A stretch of 64,000 bases of DNA from an uncultured candidate division Zixibacteria bacterium (lineage in GTDB: Bacteria; Zixibacteria; MSB-5A5; GN15; FEB-12), in assembly GCA_963806185.1 (NCBI GenBank), contig CAWDXE010000001.1, positions 192,001-256,000 of the forward strand, in the 5' to 3' direction. The notes under the pieces are model-generated. The model ran no database searches. It was not told where the DNA came from and was given only the letters and a program-made list of their open reading frames with translations. Positions 58,397-64,000 of the stretch are shown piece by piece. The position numbers were made by a program, and so were the translations under genes. Positions within the stretch are counted from its first letter, which is position 1; each line of letters begins with the position of its first letter.

Positions 58397-59509
58397 CTAC
58401 ACCATGCGCTTATGGAAGCGGAGCGCGGCGGAGGTGAAGGCGATCAGGCCGATGATGGTCATGCCGATGATACTCTCCCAGAGATCAGCCACGCCGGAGC
58501 CTTTCATAATGATGCCGCGCACGATGTCGATGTAATAGCGCATCGGATTGATGATGGTGAGATGCTGAAGCCAGACGGGCATGTTGGCGACCGGCGTAAA
58601 ATAGCCGGAGGTGAGCATGGTGAAGATGGACAGGAACCAGGCCAGAAACATCGCCTGCTGTTGAGTGTGAGTGAGCGTCGACACTAGCAACCCGAGGCCA
58701 AGCGAACTGAGCAAATAGATCAGTGAGAGCACGACGAGCAGAAGATGCGAGCCGACAAATGGGACGTTGAACCACCAGAGGCCTACTTGCAGGGTGAATC
58801 CCATAACGGCCATGGAAACGAGAGCAAAATACGAAAGCTTGCCGAACATGAGGGTGACGCTGTTGATCGGCGTGACCATGACCTGTTCCAGTGTGCCCAG
58901 TTCCCTTTCGCGGACAATAGCCATAGCGGTCATCATCAGAGTGAGCATGGTCAATAAAGTGGCCACAACTCCCGGGACCATAAACATGCGCGATTCGGCC
59001 TCCGGGTTAAACAGGTAGTCGTAGCGGAGTTCGATATTCTGCTTCCTGTTGAGTACATTGCTCGAGAAACTCTGTACGATGCGTTGTGCGTAGCCGGTCC
59101 CTATCCTTGCCGAGTTGGCATCCGAGCCGTCAGCTATCCAACCAAGCGTGACCGAATCACCATTTTCAAGTTGCTCGGAGAATTCTTTGGGGATAATAAC
59201 AGCCATCTCCGACTTGCCGGCGCGGAAACGATCCTCGAGTTGCCAGATCGGGACACGGTCGTCGACCGCCTCTCGTTCGACCGGACGGAAGTAATCTCCG
59301 GCCTTAAACGCCTGAATCAATTGGCGTGAGTAGGCGGACTGGCTGTAGTCGTAGACATCGAGGGCAATCCGTTTGACGTCGGTATTAACAGCGTACCCCA
59401 TAATCAACAACTGGAGTATCGGCATGACGAAGAAGAGCCTGAGGTTGGTCTTGTCGCGGAGGCTCTGGGTGAGTTCCTTTTTGAAAACGCCGGCAAAGGC
59501 ACGCAACAT
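58397..59509 (-). CDS. ABC-2 type exporter permease (YbhR-like)
   Basis: KKELTQSLRD, FNP, AIVRERELGTLEQVMVTP, SGYFTP, NPMRYY. Confidence 0.92.
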   Translation of the reverse strand: MLRAFAGVFKKELTQSLRDKTNLRLFFVMPILQLLIMGYAVNTDVKRIALDVYDYSQSAYSRQLIQAFKAGDYFRPVEREAVDDRVPIWQLEDRFRAGKSEMAVIIPKEFSEQLENGDSVTLGWIADGSDANSARIGTGYAQRIVQSFSSNVLNRKQNIELRYDYLFNPEAESRMFMVPGVVATLLTMLTLMMTAMAIVRERELGTLEQVMVTPINSVTLMFGKLSYFALVSMAVMGFTLQVGLWWFNVPFVGSHLLLVVLSLIYLLSSLGLGLLVSTLTHTQQQAMFLAWFLSIFTMLTSGYFTPVANMPVWLQHLTIINPMRYYIDIVRGIIMKGSGVADLWESIIGMTIIGLIAFTSAALRFHKRMV

Positions 59510-59510
59510 A

Positions 59511-60629
59511 TCAGCCCACCCTCGTGCTGAAACGCCGCACGGCCAGGAAGAGAAAGATCACCATTAACAGGAACAGAAAACCGGCTTGCGGGGCGAGAAT
59601 GGCAAAATCGGATCCTTTCAGCATGATCCCCCGCACCATCTTGATGAAGTAAGTGGCCGGGACGAGTCGGCTGATAACCTGCAGGGCCACCGGCATGTTT
59701 TTGACGGCGAAAATAAAGCCAGAGAGCATGATCGACGGCAGCATGGTGATCAAAAGTGCCAGTTGCATGGCGAGCTGTTGAGTCGCGACACCGGTTGAAA
59801 TGAGGATACCGATGCTGAGCGCCGTGCCGACGTAGAGCAGTTCAAAGAGCAGCAGCAGCGGGAATGAGCCGACGAACGGAACGTTGAACAAGAGCTTGGC
59901 GAAAACGATCACCAACAACCCGTCGAGAAAGGCAATGAGTATGTAGGGAACGATCTTCCCAATGAGTATCTGGGTCGGCGAAACCGGTGCGACCAGCAGT
60001 TGCTCCATGGTGCCGGTTTCCTTCTCTCGCGCGATAGTAATCGACGTCAAGAGTGCGGAAATCATGAGCAGGATAATCGAGACGATGCCGGGCACAAAGA
60101 AGTGCGACGAAAGCATGTCCGGGTTGTAGAGCATCTGTTGAGAAATCCTGACACCGGGCAGCGACGTGCCGGGCGGGAGGCGGTCGAGCAGGTACCTATT
60201 GAGCAGGGCGTTGGTGTAGGCCACGACCGCGGCGGCCTGGGACACCTCGGAGCCATCAAGCTCCAACCCCAATTCATACTGGGAGCCATTCTGTAAGGCT
60301 TCAGCAAAGCCCGGACGGATGAGCAGCACTCCGGCGGCATGTGAGGCACGCAGAAGCTGGGCCGGGTCGAAGATGTATGGCTCTTCGGCGGCACGATAGA
60401 AGTATCCTGATTCATAGAATCGTTCGACGAAGGCGCGTGATTCGGGGGTTTGATCCTGATCGATGACCGCGAGACCGATGTGCTCGATATCCATGTTGAT
60501 GGCATAGCCATAGAGAAACGTCATCATGATCGGCATGATGAAGATGATGATGAGCGAGCGGAAGTCGCGCAGGATGTGATACAGCTCTTTTTGGGCGATG
60601 GCTTTAAGCTGACGCACTGGCGACTCCAT
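59511..60629 (-). CDS. ABC-2 type exporter permease (YbhS-like)
   Basis: KELYHILRD, YNP, AREKETGTMEQLL, LSGFIF, PATYF. Confidence 0.92.
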   Translation of the reverse strand: MESPVRQLKAIAQKELYHILRDFRSLIIIFIMPIMMTFLYGYAINMDIEHIGLAVIDQDQTPESRAFVERFYESGYFYRAAEEPYIFDPAQLLRASHAAGVLLIRPGFAEALQNGSQYELGLELDGSEVSQAAAVVAYTNALLNRYLLDRLPPGTSLPGVRISQQMLYNPDMLSSHFFVPGIVSIILLMISALLTSITIAREKETGTMEQLLVAPVSPTQILIGKIVPYILIAFLDGLLVIVFAKLLFNVPFVGSFPLLLLFELLYVGTALSIGILISTGVATQQLAMQLALLITMLPSIMLSGFIFAVKNMPVALQVISRLVPATYFIKMVRGIMLKGSDFAILAPQAGFLFLLMVIFLFLAVRRFSTRVG

Positions 60630-61353
60630 TCGGCCGGATCAGATCGATGAACATATCTTCGAGGTTGGCCGCCTTGTGTTTCTTAACCAGTTCGTGCGGA
60701 GTGCCGAGCTCAATAAGTTTGCCGGCATGCATGATGGAAATTCGACCGCAGTATTCCGCCTCGTCCATATAGTGTGTAGTTACGAAAATCGTAACGCCTT
60801 CGTCGGCCAATTCATATAGAAGGCCCCAGAAGGTGCGGCGGAACACGGGATCCACGCCGCCGGTCGGTTCGTCGAGAAAGAGAATTTTCGGCTGGTGCAG
60901 AACGGCGACTGACAGCGCCAGGCGCTGCCGCCAGCCGACCGGAAGACGGCCCGAGACGCGGTCGATGAATTCGCCGAGCGAGAGTCGTTCGGTGAGTTCA
61001 TCGATGCGCCGGCGGCGCGATTTCTTATCGAGATTGTAGGCGTGGCCGTAGAAATCAAGGTTCTCGCGGCCAGTCAGATCGGCGTATAACGAGAATTTCT
61101 GCGACATGTAGCCGATATTGCGTTTGATCTGTTCGGATTCCTTGAGAACATCAAACCCGCCGACCTGACCAGAGCCTGACGTGGGCAAGAGCAACCCGCA
61201 CAGCATGCGAATGGCAGTAGTCTTCCCCGCTCCGTTGGCCCCGAGGAAACCAAAGATCTCACCCGTCTCGACGGTCAGCGAAAGATCGTCGACGGCCGTG
61301 AATTGGCCGAAGCGTTTGGTCAGATGGTCGATCTGCACGGCGTGGCTGTTCAT
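60604..61353 (-). CDS. ABC exporter ATP-binding protein (equivalent to the C-half of YbhF)
   Basis: GANGAGKTT, GYMSQKFSLY, LPVGWRQRL, LDEPTGGVDP, TTHYMDEAE. Confidence 0.94.
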   Translation of the reverse strand: MNSHAVQIDHLTKRFGQFTAVDDLSLTVETGEIFGFLGANGAGKTTAIRMLCGLLLPTSGSGQVGGFDVLKESEQIKRNIGYMSQKFSLYADLTGRENLDFYGHAYNLDKKSRRRRIDELTERLSLGEFIDRVSGRLPVGWRQRLALSVAVLHQPKILFLDEPTGGVDPVFRRTFWGLLYELADEGVTIFVTTHYMDEAEYCGRISIMHAGKLIELGTPHELVKKHKAANLEDMFIDLIRPNGVASASA

Positions 61354-62264
61354 CCGGTGGTCTCCATCAATTGGATGAAACGATCCTCGAGCTCGGGCGC
61401 AATGGTGTGGATCTGCGTGGAGGTCACTCCGGCTGAGGACAGACTCCCGGCGGATCGCTCAATAGTATCACCGGACTGAAGGTAGATATGGATGCCGGCG
61501 CCAAAGCGGCGGGCCGAGAGGCCGGAGATCTGATTAATTTGCTGAATCAATTCGGTAGTTGGGTTGGCATCCAGATAGTAGATCGTTCCCTCGAACTGGG
61601 CAGCCAGTTGCTGCGGCGTACCGACGGAGAGGCGACGGCTGTTGAAGATGAAGCAGGCGCGATCGGCGCGAGCAACCTCGTCCATATAGGGTGTGGAGAC
61701 GAGGATGGTGGTGCCGCCTTTCTTCAGCTCAAGCAGTATCTCCCAGAACTGCCGTCGCGAAAGGGGATCAACGCCGGTGGTCGGCTCGTCGAGAATCAGT
61801 AACTCAGGATCATGCATGAGCGCGCAGGAAAGGGCCAGCTTCTGCTTCATGCCTCCTGACAGGGCCGACGCTCGGCGTTTGGCGAAAGGGCCGAGATTGG
61901 AGAAGGTGTAGAGAAAATCGCGCTTGTCACGATAAGTCTGCCCATATACGCCGTAGATGCCGGCGTAGAAGGTGAGATTCTCCTCGACGCTCAAATCCGG
62001 GTAGAGCGAAAAGACCTGCGGCATATAGCCGAGGATATGCTTCACGGCGTCGAAGTTCTTCGTGATGTCGTGGCCGGCGATAGTTACGTTGCCGGCGTCG
62101 GCGTCGATTAAACGGCAGAGGATACGGATCAACGTAGTCTTCCCCGCGCCATCCGGCCCGACCAGGGCAAAGATCTCCCCTTTTTCGACGGCGAGTGAAA
62201 ATTCATGCAAGGCGACCACCTTGCCGTAGGAGCGGCTGATATTGTCGATAGTGATGAAGCTCAT
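61350..62264 (-). CDS. ABC exporter ATP-binding protein (equivalent to the N-half of YbhF)
   Basis: GPDGAGKTT, GYMPQ, LSGGMKQKL, LDEPTTGVDP, STPYMDE. Confidence 0.94.
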   Translation of the reverse strand: MSFITIDNISRSYGKVVALHEFSLAVEKGEIFALVGPDGAGKTTLIRILCRLIDADAGNVTIAGHDITKNFDAVKHILGYMPQVFSLYPDLSVEENLTFYAGIYGVYGQTYRDKRDFLYTFSNLGPFAKRRASALSGGMKQKLALSCALMHDPELLILDEPTTGVDPLSRRQFWEILLELKKGGTTILVSTPYMDEVARADRACFIFNSRRLSVGTPQQLAAQFEGTIYYLDANPTTELIQQINQISGLSARRFGAGIHIYLQSGDTIERSAGSLSSAGVTSTQIHTIAPELEDRFIQLMETTG

Positions 62265-63148
62265 TTCAGTTCCAGAGTCACGAATACTGGCATGCCGATT
62301 TTCAGCCGCCCGTCGCTGTTCGGGATGGTTACTTTTACGGCATAGACGAGGTTGGCCCGGGATTTCTCAGTCTGCACGTTCTTGGGCGTGAACTCCGCTT
62401 CGGCGGAAGTCCAGGAGACGACGCCGGGATATTCGGTTTCGCCCGACTCGGTGCTGACCTTGGCGCGGTCGCCGACTTTCACTCCTGAGAACTCGCTGGA
62501 AGGGAGATAGACTTTGGCCCAGACGGTATCGAGCTGGGCAATTTTGATGATGGCCTTGCCGAGGCCGACCACTTCGCCGGCATCAACGAACTTCTCAGTG
62601 ACGGTTCCGCTGATAGGCGCCAGTGGGCGCGTATCTTGAAGCACGCGACGGATGCGATTGAGATCGGCATTGATCTTTTCGATTTCCGCTTCAATTGTGC
62701 CGACGGTAGCTTCGGCGGACTTGCGGGCGATGGTTGCCTGAGTGAATTCGTTTTCCAACTGGTCGAGTTGTCGCTGGGTGGCCGAGCCGGAGCGAATGAG
62801 ACGGGCGATGCGGTCGCGTTCGGACTTGGTGTATGATTCCTGCTGTTTGGCGCGGTCGACCTGGATACGGGCGACGCGAAGGTTGGCTTCGGCGGTCTGG
62901 TGGCCGGCCTCGGCCGAGGCGAGCTCGAGCTCAGTTCGACTGGGATCGATAACGGCGAGAGTGTCGCCGGCCTTGACCGATTGGCCCTCGTCGAAGCGCC
63001 GTTCAATCACTCGTCCACCTGTCTCGGCACTGACGAGAACCTCGTTGGCCTCGATGAAACCCGAACCACCCGCTGTTCCATTGTTTGACTTGCAGCCGAT
63101 GACGGTTGCACCCAGGATTGAAAGCAGGATTATGGCCATTCGTTTCAT
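62261..63148 (-). CDS. HlyD/YbhG-family membrane fusion lipoprotein
   Basis: ATG 63148, lipobox VIGC; SGFIEA, EGQSVKAGD, APISGTV, AEFTPKNVQT, LKIGMP. Confidence 0.93.
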   Translation of the reverse strand: MKRMAIILLSILGATVIGCKSNNGTAGGSGFIEANEVLVSAETGGRVIERRFDEGQSVKAGDTLAVIDPSRTELELASAEAGHQTAEANLRVARIQVDRAKQQESYTKSERDRIARLIRSGSATQRQLDQLENEFTQATIARKSAEATVGTIEAEIEKINADLNRIRRVLQDTRPLAPISGTVTEKFVDAGEVVGLGKAIIKIAQLDTVWAKVYLPSSEFSGVKVGDRAKVSTESGETEYPGVVSWTSAEAEFTPKNVQTEKSRANLVYAVKVTIPNSDGRLKIGMPVFVTLELK

Positions 63149-63149
63149 A

Positions 63150-64000
63150 TCAGTTTCCCTTCTCGATATCTGTTGAACCGATCGCGTACAAGTAGGCGCT
63201 ACGAGCGATATAGTACTGCACCAGCGTGGCATGGCGCGAACCGTCAGCAACGGCGAGATCCGCCTCGGCTTCAAGCAGGCGATTGGCTGTCATGGTACCT
63301 TCTTTATGTTGCGCCGAGGCGAGGCGGAAGTGATCGGAGGTGATTCGGTACTCGGCCACCGCTGTCAGGTATTGGCGGTGGGCCAGGTGCATTTGTTCCA
63401 AACTGACGGCAGCGTCGCGAGTGAGATTCTCTTTTATCAAATCGCGATCAAATTCGGCGCCTGCCAGCGCCCAGTTGGCAGAACGAGCCCGGTTGGCCGT
63501 GCGGCCGCCGATATTAAACGACCAGGTGAGATTTCCTCCCACGGTGAAGTAGTCGTTCCAGCTGTTGTTGAACAGGTCCCGGTTAGGCTTGCCGTAGGAG
63601 TAGCCGCCATAGGCGGAGACAGTGGGGAGGTAATCCGTTTTAGACAGTCGTACGCGAGCGCGATTGACTGAGACTCCGGCCTCGGCGACGCGAAGCTCCG
63701 GCTTCTGGGCGTCGACAATCGCATCGCCATCCGGTTCGATCGGGTCGGGAATTACCTCGGCAAAACGGACGGAGTCCGATATCGGCAATCCGAGTAACGT
63801 GAGCAGAGAAAGTTCGGCTGTGCGTCGACTATTGCGGGCCTGTTCCAAACCAATTTGCGCTCGTGACAGAGCGAGCTGAGCATCAAGAATATCGACCGAG
63901 TCGGCCGAGCCGCCGTCAAACAGTGACTGAACATCCTGTGAAATAACTTCGGCCCGTTTGAGTTGTGCTTCGGATGTTCTGACGAGGCCGTCCGCTTTGT
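63150..64000 (-). CDS. TolC-family outer-membrane efflux protein (3' part; runs off the window end)
   Basis: KPELRVA, DYLPTVSA, LTWSF..GG and helical OEP repeats; first gene of the HlyD-ABC operon. Confidence 0.88.
   Translation of the reverse strand, partial: KADGLVRTSEAQLKRAEVISQDVQSLFDGGSADSVDILDAQLALSRAQIGLEQARNSRRTAELSLLTLLGLPISDSVRFAEVIPDPIEPDGDAIVDAQKPELRVAEAGVSVNRARVRLSKTDYLPTVSAYGGYSYGKPNRDLFNNSWNDYFTVGGNLTWSFNIGGRTANRARSANWALAGAEFDRDLIKENLTRDAAVSLEQMHLAHRQYLTAVAEYRITSDHFRLASAQHKEGTMTANRLLEAEADLAVADGSRHATLVQYYIARSAYLYAIGSTDIEKGN

Noticed and set aside
58397..64000. Two separate ATPase genes in the exporter as a novelty
   Set aside because: A split version of the YbhF double ATPase in TolC-YbhG-F-S-R operons is a familiar arrangement.

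Overview
GC-rich bacterial chromosomal DNA, most likely from a diderm of the FCB group. Zixibacteria is inferred from the C-terminal Cys-flanked dockerin-like domains and FlgD/T9SS-type sorting tails; no marker gene is present to confirm it. Housekeeping content: ispH-lipA-pdxT, a frameshifted pdxS, rrf2 / iscA-DUF2480-fdx, glnA, rsmE, tonB-like, phosphate porin-pstS, two CHASE4-PAS histidine kinases, an M16 peptidase, pirin, livKHMGF, TIGR01777, bcp and a TolC-HlyD-ABC exporter. No rRNA, tRNA, CRISPR, transposase or integrase was recognised. Four things stand out. (1) A folE - triple-domain PTPS - sepiapterin-reductase-like operon in which the catalytic residues appear split between the fused PTPS domains. 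(2) A ~6 kb insert between pdxS and pdxT in which each secreted-protein gene or gene block is bracketed by its own direct-repeat pair of REP-like palindromes. (3) Two tandem ~1150-aa dockerin-tailed surface proteins that are nearly identical except for a divergent central block, each with a consensus-like promoter and a shared leader carrying a strong upstream SD. (4) Four tandem GspG-like pilins, each with an extra Ig-like domain, behind a sigma28-like promoter. Several frameshifts (pdxS, a lipoprotein, the SPFH gene) look like sequencing indels. All family assignments are from motif recognition by eye; no searches were run.
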